Source: Abditibacteriaceae bacterium (lineage in GTDB: Bacteria > Armatimonadota > Abditibacteriia > Abditibacteriales > Abditibacteriaceae). From it: a stretch of DNA of 64,000 nucleotides. Positions within the stretch are counted from its first letter, which is position 1; the number at the start of each line of letters is the position of its first letter. The notes under the pieces are model-generated. The model was not told where the DNA came from. It was given only the letters and a program-made list of their open reading frames with translations, and did no database searches. Shown piece by piece: positions 34,655-44,876 of this stretch. Made by a program: the position numbers and the translations under genes. Where the stretch lies: assembly GCA_965277285.1 (NCBI GenBank), contig OZ255721.1, positions 32,001-96,000 of the forward strand. Reading direction: 5' to 3'.

Positions 34655-35156
34655 GCAACGCCGCGAACTCAAGCGCACCAAAATCGAAATCATCCCGATG
34701 ATCGACACGATTTTCTTCCTGCTGGTTTTCTTTATGCTGTCGAGCTTGGCGCTCACCAAACTCAACGGCTTGCCGGTCAACCTTCCCAAAGCCAACACCG
34801 CGCCCAAGCAAGCGCCCAGCGAATTGACGATTACCATCGACAAAAACCGCCAGCTTTACGTCAACAAGGAAGCGGCTACCGAAGCGACTCTGGAAAGCCT
34901 GCTGGTGCAAAAAGCGGGCGGCGCGCACGCCGATTTATCCAGCGCGACCGTGATTATTAACGCCGATTTGAGCGTTCCTCACGGGCTTGTCGTGCGCTGT
35001 ATCGACCAATCGCGCGAGGTCGGCATTGTGCATTTCGCTATCGCCACCGCCGACCCCGGAGCCGGTTCCCCAGTCGACGCTCCGGCAAATCCGACGACTT
35101 CAGCGACTGCGACAACTGCGACAAATCCAACTTCAGCGGCTCCGACAACGCCTTAA
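34644..35156 (+). CDS. exbD: ExbD/TolR biopolymer transport protein
   Basis: [27 protein letters not shown] start overlapping exbB. Confidence 0.92.
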   Translation: MQFKQRRELKRTKIEIIPMIDTIFFLLVFFMLSSLALTKLNGLPVNLPKANTAPKQAPSELTITIDKNRQLYVNKEAATEATLESLLVQKAGGAHADLSSATVIINADLSVPHGLVVRCIDQSREVGIVHFAIATADPGAGSPVDAPANPTTSATATTATNPTSAAPTTP

Positions 35157-35172
35157 ATTAAGGAGGAAATTC

Positions 35173-36300
35173 ATGTCATCTCGTCCTCCCAATGCGCGGC
35201 TGCCCATCGAGTACTCGAAGCTGGGCGATGCGCTGGCGCAAATCGACCGTCGCTTGAAGACGCGTTTTTTATGGGCGCTCGGTTTTTCGATACTCGCCAA
35301 CCTCGTCTTGTGGCGCATCGTTTCGAGCATTGCGCAAAGCCGCACGCTCATTCATCCACAACCCATCGAAATCACGCGGCTTATTGTGACAGCCAAAGGT
35401 CAGCGCGTGGTGAAGACCATTGCACCACAGGAATCCGAGAAACGCGTGCAACAAATCCGCCGCACGTTGCCGTCGCCTGTAAAAATACCTGTCGAACCTA
35501 AACGACCACAGCGCGAAATCATCGCGCCGCCCATTCGCAACCAACAAGCGCACCCGCGTCGCGCGCCGGACGCAGCCCGACGACCGCTCGACAACAAGAC
35601 GCAGAATTTCAAACCTGACACGACGACCAAACCCTCGGGGCACAAGCTGTTGACAGACACTTCAACCTCGTCCACCTCGAGTCATACGGTCGCTCAAGGC
35701 GCAGGCACGCGTCCTGGCACAACGTCAAGCCACCAGGGTTCGACGGCTCAGCCGACATCAACGCCGGAACGCGGCTCGACCAGCAACGCCGCCGGTTCGC
35801 AGACACCCAGCGCAACGCCCGACAACGGAGGAGATCAACAATCGAAGGACAATACGAACGGCAACACGACGCCAACACCCGAACCAACGCCAATTCCAAC
35901 ACCGATTCCAACGCCAAGACCGACACCGCTGCCCACACCCCAACCAACTCCCAGGCCGACGCCGCGACCAACGCCAGAACCAACGCCACGCCCAACGCCT
36001 GAACCGACACCGCGCCCGACGCCCAAAGGCCCGACGCGCGATGCCGAAGCGACGCGCCAGGCGCAACCCGACATTCCCGATGAGTTGCGCCAGGAACAGT
36101 TCAAATCGTATGTGCGAGCGCGCGTCGTAGTTCACGCCGACGGCAGTTTCGATGTGTCGTTGCGCGGCTCGTCCGGCAACTCGCAAATCGACGATCTGGC
36201 GCTTTCGGCTTTACAGCGATGGAAATGGAAACCCGCGCTTAAAGATGGCGAACCCGTCGAAAGCACACAATACTTTCGCTTCGATTTTGAAGTGCAATAG
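35173..36300 (+). CDS. tonB: TonB-family energy transducer
   Basis: TM anchor, PT-rich linker, C-terminal SSGN..IDDLAL.A..RWKWKPA..DGEPV; AGGAGG RBS. Confidence 0.88.
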   Translation: MSSRPPNARLPIEYSKLGDALAQIDRRLKTRFLWALGFSILANLVLWRIVSSIAQSRTLIHPQPIEITRLIVTAKGQRVVKTIAPQESEKRVQQIRRTLPSPVKIPVEPKRPQREIIAPPIRNQQAHPRRAPDAARRPLDNKTQNFKPDTTTKPSGHKLLTDTSTSSTSSHTVAQGAGTRPGTTSSHQGSTAQPTSTPERGSTSNAAGSQTPSATPDNGGDQQSKDNTNGNTTPTPEPTPIPTPIPTPRPTPLPTPQPTPRPTPRPTPEPTPRPTPEPTPRPTPKGPTRDAEATRQAQPDIPDELRQEQFKSYVRARVVVHADGSFDVSLRGSSGNSQIDDLALSALQRWKWKPALKDGEPVESTQYFRFDFEVQ

Positions 36301-36321
36301 CGTTTTTCGTAAAACCACTGG

Positions 36322-36357
36322 CAAGGCGCTGCTTCGAGTACTCGAAGCAGCGCCTTG
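36322..36357. repeat. 36-bp perfect palindrome centred on TCGAGTACTCGA, downstream of tonB
   Basis: CAAGGCGCTGCTTCGAGT-ACTCGAAGCAGCGCCTTG. Confidence 0.9.
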
Positions 36358-36490
36358 TTGTATGCGGGCGAGCTTTCAGCGGGATTTTTGAAACTGGCAA
36401 AAGCCGTGACCTCTTCTCAAATAGCTGGTTGTTGGAGTAACATTAGAGGTCGAACACGTCGCGCTTCATGGTGCCTGCGCTCTTTTCTTT

Positions 36491-36889
36491 ATGTCTCGCC
36501 TTTTTGCACGCCACGATTTACGCCGTCCGCAACTCTGGATTTTGTTGTGGATGTTGCCGTATTTCGTCTTCAGCGTGTGGGCATCGCCGCTGCATTTTCA
36601 CTCGCCCGATGGCCGCGACATTTCGCTGAGCGCGCTCGCCCAACAATCGAGTACTCGATTTTCGCCGTATGCGCCGCATCAGATAGAAAAAACGAGCGCC
36701 ACCAAAGACGCGGGCGAATGTTTCCTTTGCGAATGGAGCGCGTACGCCGCCAAGATCATTGCCGCTGCGACTTTTTATCGTCCTTCGCAACGCGCGCAAA
36801 TCGTGGCAGTTGAAACGCCGCAATCTTCCCGTTTTCTCCTCGCGCGCATCTCGCGCAATCGTGGCCCGCCTTCTGTGTTTTCGCTGTAA
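36491..36889 (+). CDS. DUF2946-like leader ORF (CxxC, C-terminal RGPP), copy 2
   Basis: Clear paralogue of 29608-30003 (LLWMLPYFVFSVWASP, ECFLCEW, RNRGPP). Confidence 0.78.
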   Translation: MSRLFARHDLRRPQLWILLWMLPYFVFSVWASPLHFHSPDGRDISLSALAQQSSTRFSPYAPHQIEKTSATKDAGECFLCEWSAYAAKIIAAATFYRPSQRAQIVAVETPQSSRFLLARISRNRGPPSVFSL

Positions 36890-36998
36890 AAACCGCGCTT
36901 CATTCTTAAAGTGAGCGCAGCTTGCACGCGTTCGACATCGTTTTGTCGAATGGCGCGACGTTGTGCCGCGTTTCGCACGAAAATACAGGAGACAACTT

Positions 36999-38621
36999 AT
37001 GAAATCGCGCCTTGCCGCGACTTTCGCCCTCGGCCTGACCGCATTTGCGGCGGCTCCCTTGTGGGCGCAAAACGCCAGCCCCGAAGACCAGAACATTCCC
37101 GACCAAGACACGCCGACCATGCCAGCGGCGAACAATTCAAACAACGCCAGCGCGACGCCAACACCCGCGCCCGTTCCATCAACAACGCCGAATCCGACAA
37201 CGCCGAACAGTGACACAACGAACCAGAATGCGTCTTCTGGAACGATGGCCGCAACGCCAGGCGACGCCAGCAGCGGCGACATGAGCGGCACCAAAGCGCC
37301 GGAAGACCAGACGCTTGGCGACACCGATGTTTCGCCTTCGAGTGCAGCCAACACGGCTGTTGCGACGCCAACGCCATCGACTTCGACAACGCAAACGCCG
37401 ACTTCTTCCACCGACATGGTGATGATTCCGCGCGCCGTGTGGGAACAATTGCAAAACGATGTCGCCCAACTCAAGGCTGAACGCGCGGGCGCAACTGCGG
37501 CGTCGCCAACTGTTCCGGCTGAAGCGAACAGCGGCGAATCGAGTACTGGAAATGCGGGCGGCGAAGAAGCGGCTCCCGCGGCGCCGCGCAATTATCTGGC
37601 GCTGCCCGACATCAGCCTGATTTTGCAAGCCAAAGGTTTGCTCAGTTCCGACAAGCGCGATCCGGGTCGCACGCGGCTGAACTTGTCCGAAGGCGAACTG
37701 GGAGTTCAAGGCTATGTTTATCCGGGCGTGAAAGCCGACGCCTTTATCGTCGGTTCGCCTTCGGAAGACCAGTCGTTTCAGTTTGAAGAAGGTTATCTGA
37801 CGTTTTTGGGTGTCGCCAAAGGCTTGAACATCAACGTCGGGCGCAAGTTCGCGCCGTTTGGCCGCACCGGAGAATTGCACAACCATTCGTGGTTGTATCC
37901 GCGCCAATTGCTGCCGATTCAAAACTTAGTGTCGGACGAAGCTCTGGTCGGCGATGGCGTCAACTTCAACTATCTTTTTCCGACCAAAGGCGCGTTGTTT
38001 GTGCGCGGCAGCCTGGGCTTTTTCAGCGGCGAAGGCACCGATACGCGCATCAACCTGAGCAATCCGTCCGATCCGTTTTTCGGCGGCGTTCCGGGCGGCA
38101 CGACAGCCGGTTTCACCAAGCGTTTCATCAATGCGCGCTTGTGGGCGGGCGATTCCATCGGCGAAAACAGCGAAATCGAGTTCGGTCTTTCGCGCGCGCA
38201 TGGCACATCAGAAATCACCGACGATGCGGCCAATCGCTACGATGGCAACGTTACTTTGACCGGCGCCGATGTTTCGTTTCGCCATTTCATGGGTGGCGGA
38301 CGACGGCTTTTGCTGCGCTCCGAATACTTCCTGCATCAGCCCGATTCGAGCCTGCCGACGCGTCGCGCCAGCGGTTATTACGCGCTGGCCAATATGCGCC
38401 TTGATCCATACAAAGACATCGGTTTGCTGTATGAGGAATCCGGCTTCCCGCAGACTTCAGGACACGAAAACGCGCTGTCCCTGATCTACACCAAGCAGTT
38501 CACCGAACAGTTTTATGGTCGCATTATGGCCACGCACGGCGACCGTCCCGGCGGCAGCTACAACGAAATTCGCCTGCAATTTACCGCAGGTCTGGGGCCG
38601 CACACGCACAACTTGGAGTAG
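36999..38621 (+). CDS. Outer-membrane beta-barrel protein associated with metal ABC uptake
   Basis: Signal peptide, low-complexity linker, PDISLI, EEGY, FGRTGELHNH, C-terminal GPHTHNLE; directly upstream of the znuA-like gene. Confidence 0.7.
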   Translation: MKSRLAATFALGLTAFAAAPLWAQNASPEDQNIPDQDTPTMPAANNSNNASATPTPAPVPSTTPNPTTPNSDTTNQNASSGTMAATPGDASSGDMSGTKAPEDQTLGDTDVSPSSAANTAVATPTPSTSTTQTPTSSTDMVMIPRAVWEQLQNDVAQLKAERAGATAASPTVPAEANSGESSTGNAGGEEAAPAAPRNYLALPDISLILQAKGLLSSDKRDPGRTRLNLSEGELGVQGYVYPGVKADAFIVGSPSEDQSFQFEEGYLTFLGVAKGLNINVGRKFAPFGRTGELHNHSWLYPRQLLPIQNLVSDEALVGDGVNFNYLFPTKGALFVRGSLGFFSGEGTDTRINLSNPSDPFFGGVPGGTTAGFTKRFINARLWAGDSIGENSEIEFGLSRAHGTSEITDDAANRYDGNVTLTGADVSFRHFMGGGRRLLLRSEYFLHQPDSSLPTRRASGYYALANMRLDPYKDIGLLYEESGFPQTSGHENALSLIYTKQFTEQFYGRIMATHGDRPGGSYNEIRLQFTAGLGPHTHNLE

Positions 38622-38632
38622 AGAAACGTTTC

Positions 38633-38660
38633 GTACGGGCTTGGCGCGCCAAGCCCGTAC
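38633..38660. repeat. GTAG-like REP singlet (variant of family B)
   Basis: GTACGGGCTTGGCGCGCCAAGCCCGTAC; doublet form at 60076-60182. Confidence 0.8.
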
Positions 38661-38708
38661 ATCTCGCCAATTTACCAATCGAGTACTCGATACTCAAAGG
38701 AGACCCAA

Positions 38709-39638
38709 ATGCAGACGACACGACGCACTTTTGCAAAAACAGTATTTATGGCCGCCGCGACGTTGCTGCTCGGCGGAATGGCGCAAAGCGCGCAGGCCGC
38801 GATTCCGGTTGTGGCGACGTTGCCGGAATTGGCGGCGATCACACGCGAAGTTGGCGGCGCGGATGTTTCGGTTTATTCCGTCGCGCGCCCGAACCGCGAT
38901 TATCACCAGATCGAGCCGCGTCCCAGCGATGTTTCACGCGTGGCGCAGGCCAAACTCATCGTGCGCACGGGAATGCAATTTGAAATGTGGATGGATTCGC
39001 TGGCGAACGCGACCGGCAATTCCAGCCTGATGCCGAACGGCGCCAACGTCGTCAATTGCTCGGCGGGCATTCGTCGCCTGGACGTTCCGACGACCCAAAT
39101 CAACGGCGCGTCGGGCGATGTTCACGTCGATGGCAACCCACACTTTTACTACGATCCGGTTTACGCGAAATTCATTGCGCGCAACATTTTGAAGGGCTTG
39201 ATTCGCGTTGATGGCGCGCACGCGGGAAATTACCGCGCCAATTACCTGCGCTTCAACGCGCAAATTGACGCGCACATGGTGACGTGGCGCCGCGAACTCG
39301 CGCCGTTCGCGGGCAAAAGCGTCGTGACGTATCACGAGAACTTCGCCTATTTTCTGCGCCGCTTCGGCTTGCGTGAATTCGGCCATCTGGAACCCAAACC
39401 AGGCATTCCGCCCAGTGCCGGTCACGTCAGCGCACTAATTGCGAATATGAAGGCGAACGGCGTGCGCGCGGTCGTCATCGAAAGCATTTACCCGACGCGT
39501 TTTGCCGACTTGATCGCGCGTCGAACCGGCGCGCATTACGTCGTCGCGCCGTATTCGATTGGCAGCGAAGGCACGACCAATTACTTCAACTTCATGGACA
39601 AACTCGTCGCCTCGTTCCATGAGGCATTAAGTCAGTAA
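38709..39638 (+). CDS. Zn/Mn ABC transporter substrate-binding protein (ZnuA/TroA family)
   Basis: DYHQIEPRPSD, GDVHVDGNPHFYYDP, VTYHENFAYF, EPKPGIPPS. Confidence 0.92.
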   Translation: MQTTRRTFAKTVFMAAATLLLGGMAQSAQAAIPVVATLPELAAITREVGGADVSVYSVARPNRDYHQIEPRPSDVSRVAQAKLIVRTGMQFEMWMDSLANATGNSSLMPNGANVVNCSAGIRRLDVPTTQINGASGDVHVDGNPHFYYDPVYAKFIARNILKGLIRVDGAHAGNYRANYLRFNAQIDAHMVTWRRELAPFAGKSVVTYHENFAYFLRRFGLREFGHLEPKPGIPPSAGHVSALIANMKANGVRAVVIESIYPTRFADLIARRTGAHYVVAPYSIGSEGTTNYFNFMDKLVASFHEALSQ

Positions 39639-39694
39639 GTTGAACCACCAAGGGCACCAAGAGAAAGGGAATTGAGTACTCGAAAGTAGAACTT

Positions 39695-39758
39695 TGTCAT
39701 TCTGAGCGCAGCGAAGAATCTAACTGAACATAGATTCTTCGCTGCGCTCAGAATGACA
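39695..39758. repeat. REP family A doublet, followed by an orphan IS1031-like end (39790-39802)
   Basis: Perfect inverted arms, then CCTATACACCCTC-TCAGAATGACA. Confidence 0.85.
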
Positions 39759-39852
39759 GACTGGGAGTTTGACAGTCTCTTTTACAACTCCTATACACCC
39801 TCTCAGAATGACATCTATTTCTCTGTGCTCTCTGTGGTTCAAAATCTTCGAT

Positions 39853-40590
39853 ATGACAAAAGAATTGCTTCAATTCGCCAATGTGGATTTAGGTTACGGC
39901 AAGCGGAAGATTTTGCAGGGCGTCGATTTTTCGCTGTCGGGCGGCGATTATCTGGCGATTGTTGGCTCCAATGGCAGCGGCAAAACCACGTTATTGCGCA
40001 CTTTGCTCGGGCTTTTGCGACCGCTTTCCGGCAAAGTTTCTTCCTCGCGCGAACTGCATTTCGGTTATGTGCCGCAGTTGCAAAGCGTCGATGAAATCTT
40101 CCCGCTGACGGTTCTCGAAGTCGTCCTGATGGGACGTTACGGGCGCTTGGGAATCGCGCGTCGCCCGACCAAAGACGACCACGAACGCGCGCTTGCCACC
40201 TTGCGAGAGGTCGGCATCGAGCACATGGCGCCGCGCTTGTACCGCGAACTTTCGGGCGGACAAAAACAGCGCACTCTCATCGCGCGCGCTTTAGTTGGCG
40301 AACCCGATATTTTGGTTTTGGACGAACACACCAACGACTTGGACATCGGCGCGGAAAAAGCGATCATGGCGTTGATCGACCGCTTGCATCAGGAACATCA
40401 ACTGGCGGTTGTGATGGTCAGCCATTCGCTGAACACGGTCGCTAACCATTGCCAGCAAATCGGCATCATCCGCGACGGCGCCTGCCGTTTCGCGCCCGTG
40501 CCGGAAATTATGAACGAAGCCTATTTGCGCGAATTATACGGCGTGCCACTTCGAGTACTCGAAGTCGAAGGCCAACGCGTCATTGTGTAG
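39853..40590 (+). CDS. Metal ABC transporter ATP-binding protein (ZnuC-like)
   Basis: GSNGSGKT, GYVPQ, LSGGQKQR, LVLDEH, VSH. Confidence 0.93.
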   Translation: MTKELLQFANVDLGYGKRKILQGVDFSLSGGDYLAIVGSNGSGKTTLLRTLLGLLRPLSGKVSSSRELHFGYVPQLQSVDEIFPLTVLEVVLMGRYGRLGIARRPTKDDHERALATLREVGIEHMAPRLYRELSGGQKQRTLIARALVGEPDILVLDEHTNDLDIGAEKAIMALIDRLHQEHQLAVVMVSHSLNTVANHCQQIGIIRDGACRFAPVPEIMNEAYLRELYGVPLRVLEVEGQRVIV

Positions 40591-40593
40591 AAA

Positions 40594-40714
40594 ACGAACC
40601 CGAAGCGTAAGCGAGGGAAATGTAACTGAAGGATGAATATGAGAGATGAAGGATGAGGGTTAGACTGCTCGATCTTTCATCCTTCTGCCTCCCTCGCTCA
40701 CGCTTCGGGTTCGT
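40594..40714. repeat. REP family C doublet
   Basis: ACGAACCCGAAGCGTAAGCGAGGGA ... CCCTCGCTCACGCTTCGGGTTCGTT. Confidence 0.8.
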
Positions 40715-40734
40715 TAATTTGATTTCTGATTTGT

Positions 40735-42405
40735 ATGAAAAATTTTGCTCTTCGTTTATTCTTTTTCGTCGCCCTATTTTTTGCGATTTTTTCTGTGCCG
40801 CTACGCGCGCAAACCAATCCCGAAGACGCGCCGCTGTCCGATCAGGCGCCAGCTTTGCCGCCTGCAAAAACGCCGTCGCCAGTTGCCAAGCTATCAGTGA
40901 AGCCCTCGGCAACACCGCGACCTTCGCTGCCGAAAGCGAAACCTGCAACGTCGCCGAAAGCAATTCCTGCGAAAGTCGCGGCACCGAAAGTTGCGCCCGT
41001 GCGAACTCCGGCGCCGAAACCTTTGGCTGCTCGTCCGACGCCCGCGCCGATTAAAACTTTCACGCCGCACTCTCGCGTTTCTCAACCCGCGCCAGCGAAA
41101 ATAGCGCCGCCAAAACCGGCGCCGGTTCAATCTTCGTTGCCAAAAAGTGCACCCGCGAAAGTGCCGCCTAAAAGTGCTGCGCCTAAAAGCGCGCCCGTTG
41201 CACCAGTCGCGCCTGCGCCCAATGTCGCGCCGGAAGATGCGCCGCTCAGCGATGATGCGCCTGGCGAGAATCCCGCGCCCGTTGCTAATTCGAGTACTGG
41301 AACGGCGCCCAATGCGGCCAATCCAGCGGCACCGAACGCCGCGCTAAATGCACCGACAAGCGCCATTCCAAACGGAGCGCCAAATGCGCCCGCAAATGGT
41401 AGCGCGGCAAATGTCGCCAAGAGCACGAAACCGAATGCGTCCGGCGCGACAAACTCTGTTAGCAACGCGGCCAACGCGGAAAATTCGACGTTGAACGATT
41501 CGACTTCTTCCGATACAACATCGCCGGACGAGGCCTCGGTTGGCGATCAAGAGACCACGCATCACACGCTGAAAGATTATTTGAACGTCGCGCAATCGTT
41601 TCGCGGAACCGACAACGGTTTCATGCGGCAAGCGTTGTTTTCCGGCTTGCTGGTCGCGTTGTTTTGCTCGTATTTAGGTTTATATGTCGTGTTGAAACGC
41701 ACGATTTTCGTCAGCGTGGCGCTCGCCGAAATGAGTTCGGCGGGCGTGGCGCTCGGGCTTTTGATGGGATTTTCGCCATCGTGGGGCGCGGCTATTTTTA
41801 CTTTGCTGGGCGTGATTTTGTTTTCCTTGCGCATTTCGCCGCGCCGCGTGCCGCACGAAAGTTACATCGGCTTGATTTACTGCGTGGCGGGCGCGCTGGG
41901 CATTTTGCTGATCGCGCGCAGTGCGCAGGGCGAATCGCATATGTTGACGCTGCTGCAAGGCGATGTCTTGACTGGAACCGCGCAGGAAACCTGGCAAATG
42001 GCGGGCGCTTTTGCGGTCGTCGCACTGATTCACATCTTGTTCCATAAAGAGTTCGTGCTGGTTTCTTTCGACCGCGACCAGGCCGCGACTTTGGGGTTTC
42101 GACCCGCTTTCTGGGAGTTTTTGTTGTTCCTCACGATTGGCGTCGTCATCGCGTTTTCTGTCCGCGCCGTCGGCGTTTTGCTGGCGACGGCGCTCCTCAT
42201 TGTTCCCGGCATGACGGCGTTGTTGTGGACGCATCGCCTGAAAAAAGCGTGGCTCGTCGCCGCAGTTCTGGCGATTATTCCGATTCCTCTGGGCTTGCAC
42301 TTTTCGCTGCTCAGCGATTCTTTGCCGCCGTCGCCCTTGATTGTCGCGTTGTCGTTTCTGATTTTGCTGCCTTCGTTGCTATACTACGCGGTGCGAAAAA
42401 CCTGA
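40735..42405 (+). CDS. Metal ABC transporter permease (ZnuB-like) with long Pro/Ala/Asn-rich N-terminal extension
   Basis: YLGLYVVLKR.IFV..ALAE, GDVL, KEF...SFD...A, AVGVLL motifs in the C-terminal ~270 aa. Confidence 0.88.
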   Translation: MKNFALRLFFFVALFFAIFSVPLRAQTNPEDAPLSDQAPALPPAKTPSPVAKLSVKPSATPRPSLPKAKPATSPKAIPAKVAAPKVAPVRTPAPKPLAARPTPAPIKTFTPHSRVSQPAPAKIAPPKPAPVQSSLPKSAPAKVPPKSAAPKSAPVAPVAPAPNVAPEDAPLSDDAPGENPAPVANSSTGTAPNAANPAAPNAALNAPTSAIPNGAPNAPANGSAANVAKSTKPNASGATNSVSNAANAENSTLNDSTSSDTTSPDEASVGDQETTHHTLKDYLNVAQSFRGTDNGFMRQALFSGLLVALFCSYLGLYVVLKRTIFVSVALAEMSSAGVALGLLMGFSPSWGAAIFTLLGVILFSLRISPRRVPHESYIGLIYCVAGALGILLIARSAQGESHMLTLLQGDVLTGTAQETWQMAGAFAVVALIHILFHKEFVLVSFDRDQAATLGFRPAFWEFLLFLTIGVVIAFSVRAVGVLLATALLIVPGMTALLWTHRLKKAWLVAAVLAIIPIPLGLHFSLLSDSLPPSPLIVALSFLILLPSLLYYAVRKT

Positions 42406-42439
42406 AGCGCAACTCATATTCGAGCGTTTCCTTTTCTTT

Positions 42440-43498
42440 ATGATGCAAATCGAAACGTTCCGGCGCCATTTTCAAACCCATCTCGACAGCTTTATCGCGC
42501 GCAAAACCAATTCTTATTCCTCGTTGACCGACGACGCGTTTTTGCGCGCCTTGCTCGATTATCCTGCGCGTTTGGCGAGCGCAAAAGGCAAGCGTATTCG
42601 CCCTTACGTCGCTTATTTGATGTATTGCTCGTGTGAAGAAAACGACCGCGAAAACGCGATTCGAGTACTCGTTGCGCTCGAACTGTTCCATTTGTTCTGC
42701 CTGATTCACGACGATATTATCGACAAAGGCACGCAGCGTTACGGCTTGCCGACGATTCATCATTTCGCGTCCGAGCAAATGCGCCTGGACAATCGTTCCA
42801 GCGAACACGCGCACATCGGCGATTCGCACGCGCTGCTCATCGGCGACCTGGTTTTTTCGTGGGCGCACGAAGCCTTGAATAACGGCGATTTTCCGCATCG
42901 AGTACTCGAAAAGGCGCGTCAAACGTTTCAAAAAATGATTGACGAAGTCGTCATCGGCCAAATGCTGGATGTCGATTTGATGACGCAGCGCCGCACCACG
43001 CGCGAAACTATCGAACAGAAAATCAAGCTGAAAACCGCGAGTTATACGTTTGTGCGCCCGATGCAAATCGGCGCGGCGTTGGCGCAGGGCGATTGCGACG
43101 GGTTTTGCGACGAACTGGGGAACGCTCTCGGCATGGCGTTTCAAGTGCAGGACGACTTGTTGGATTTGGTCGGCACGCCGCGTACCACGCAAAAAACCCT
43201 CTTCGCCGATTTGCGCGACGGCACGCACACATTGTTCACGCAGCACATTTTAGAAAGCGGCGATGAGCGCGACATCGCCGAACTGCGCTCTTTAATGGGC
43301 GCCAATTTGACGAGCGACGACCGCGAACGAGTACTCGAATTGTTTGGCAGAAGTGGTGCGCTGGAAACCGGACGCGAAATCGTTCAGACAAATCTTCATC
43401 TCGCCAAAGCTTTGATCAACGATGGCACCTTGCGCGCGCCCGAACGTGACGGCTTCTGCGAACTGATTTCTCTTTTAGAAGCGCGCGACAGAAAATAA
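42440..43498 (+). CDS. Polyprenyl synthetase (GGPP synthase, CrtE-like)
   Basis: GKRIRP, LIHDDIID, KTASY, FQVQDD; precedes crtB. Confidence 0.92.
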   Translation: MMQIETFRRHFQTHLDSFIARKTNSYSSLTDDAFLRALLDYPARLASAKGKRIRPYVAYLMYCSCEENDRENAIRVLVALELFHLFCLIHDDIIDKGTQRYGLPTIHHFASEQMRLDNRSSEHAHIGDSHALLIGDLVFSWAHEALNNGDFPHRVLEKARQTFQKMIDEVVIGQMLDVDLMTQRRTTRETIEQKIKLKTASYTFVRPMQIGAALAQGDCDGFCDELGNALGMAFQVQDDLLDLVGTPRTTQKTLFADLRDGTHTLFTQHILESGDERDIAELRSLMGANLTSDDRERVLELFGRSGALETGREIVQTNLHLAKALINDGTLRAPERDGFCELISLLEARDRK

Positions 43499-43563
43499 TT
43501 CACCGCGAAGAACGCGAAGAAAAAGAAAGGATAGGAGAATCAAATACTCGAAACTTACAGTTG

Positions 43564-43627
43564 TGTCATTCTGAGCGCAGCGAAGAATCTATGTTCAGTT
43601 AGATTCTTCGCTGCGCTCAGAATGACA
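43564..43627. repeat. REP family A doublet nested inside family D arms (43502-43680)
   Basis: TGTCATTCTGAGCGCAGCGAAGAATCT..AGATTCTTCGCTGCGCTCAGAATGACA inside ACCGCGAAGAACGCGAAGAA / TTCTTCGCGCTCTTCGCGGT. Confidence 0.88.
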
Positions 43628-43688
43628 CAGTATTAATTTTGAGGACGCGATTCTTTTTTTTTCTTCGCGCTCTTCGCGGTTCAACACA

Positions 43689-44582
43689 ATGAATCATCCC
43701 AAAGAGCTGGCGCCCGACTTTGAAATTGCGCGCAGGCTGCATCAAAAACACGGCACCAGTTATTATTTTGCCACCAAGTTCTTTCCGCGCGAACAGCGTA
43801 TGGCGACGTGGGCGCTTTATGCGTTTTTTCGCGTGCCGGACGAAATTGTCGATAATCTGCCACAGAATACGCCACAGGAAATCGCGCACGTTAAAGACGA
43901 AATTCATCGTTTCCGCGACCAGTGGCACCAGGCGTATCAAACGCAGAAATCGGACGATGCCGTGTTGCGCGTGGCGAGTTATGTTTGTCACAAATACAAC
44001 ATTCCGTTCGAGTACTCGAATGCGTTTTTGGACGCGATGATCCTCGATTTGGAGAAAACCGAATACGCGAATTATGACGAACTCGAAAAATATATGTATG
44101 GCAGCGCGGCCTGCGTCGGCTTGATGATGAGCAGCGTCATCGGTTTTGTCGATGAAACCAAGCGCGAAATCGGGCTTCAACACGCCGCGCAATTGGGTTA
44201 CGCGATGCAATTGACCAACTTTCTGCGCGACATCGACGAAGATTATCTCGAACGAAAACGCGTTTACATGCCGCAAGACGAACTCGAAAAATTCGGCTTG
44301 AGTACTCGAACAATTGCCGAAAAAGAGTTTGACGATAACTTCCAGCAGTTTATGATCTGGCAAAGCCAACGCGCGCGAAAGTTGTACGAAGACGCCGCGC
44401 TGGGCATTCCAATGTTGAACTCTTACGGACGTTTTCCGGTTGCGTGCGCCAGTTCTCTTTACAGCGCTATTCTGGGGAAATTGGAACAACAAAACTGGAA
44501 TCCGTTTGTGGGGCGTGCGCGAACGAATAAATTCGAGAAATTGACGTTGGCGTGGCAAGCGAAACAAGGATTGAAAAGATGA
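43689..44582 (+). CDS. crtB: Phytoene synthase
   Basis: LYAFFRVPDEIVD, YMYGSAACVG, LGYAMQLTNFLRDI.ED. Confidence 0.95.
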   Translation: MNHPKELAPDFEIARRLHQKHGTSYYFATKFFPREQRMATWALYAFFRVPDEIVDNLPQNTPQEIAHVKDEIHRFRDQWHQAYQTQKSDDAVLRVASYVCHKYNIPFEYSNAFLDAMILDLEKTEYANYDELEKYMYGSAACVGLMMSSVIGFVDETKREIGLQHAAQLGYAMQLTNFLRDIDEDYLERKRVYMPQDELEKFGLSTRTIAEKEFDDNFQQFMIWQSQRARKLYEDAALGIPMLNSYGRFPVACASSLYSAILGKLEQQNWNPFVGRARTNKFEKLTLAWQAKQGLKR

Positions 44583-44867
44583 AAGGCAAATCGTTTTACA
44601 CATTTATTCTTGAATTTGAAGGTGGCACTTACATTTCGCAATGTGAAGCGCAGCATCTGAAAAAGGCGATGCGGCAGTGGGCAACACAACTCGAAATTCA
44701 ACACATTCCTAATTTTACCCACACGATGAAAGAAAACTTGAAGAAAAGCTGTTGAGCACGAAGACGCAACACCTATTGAAGGTGTTACAAACGTCTGGTG
44801 TTTCGATATTCGTCCTTCCGATGACAAATTCTGTTTAGTCAACATAGTTAAAACAGACGATGAGTAA
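44579..44867 (+). pseudogene. Small AT-rich hypothetical gene with probable frameshift near 44745
   Basis: ORF stops at 44755 but another frame continues (ATPIEGVTNVWC...VNIVKT) to a stop just before crtI. Confidence 0.45.
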
Positions 44868-44876
44868 ACCCAAATT

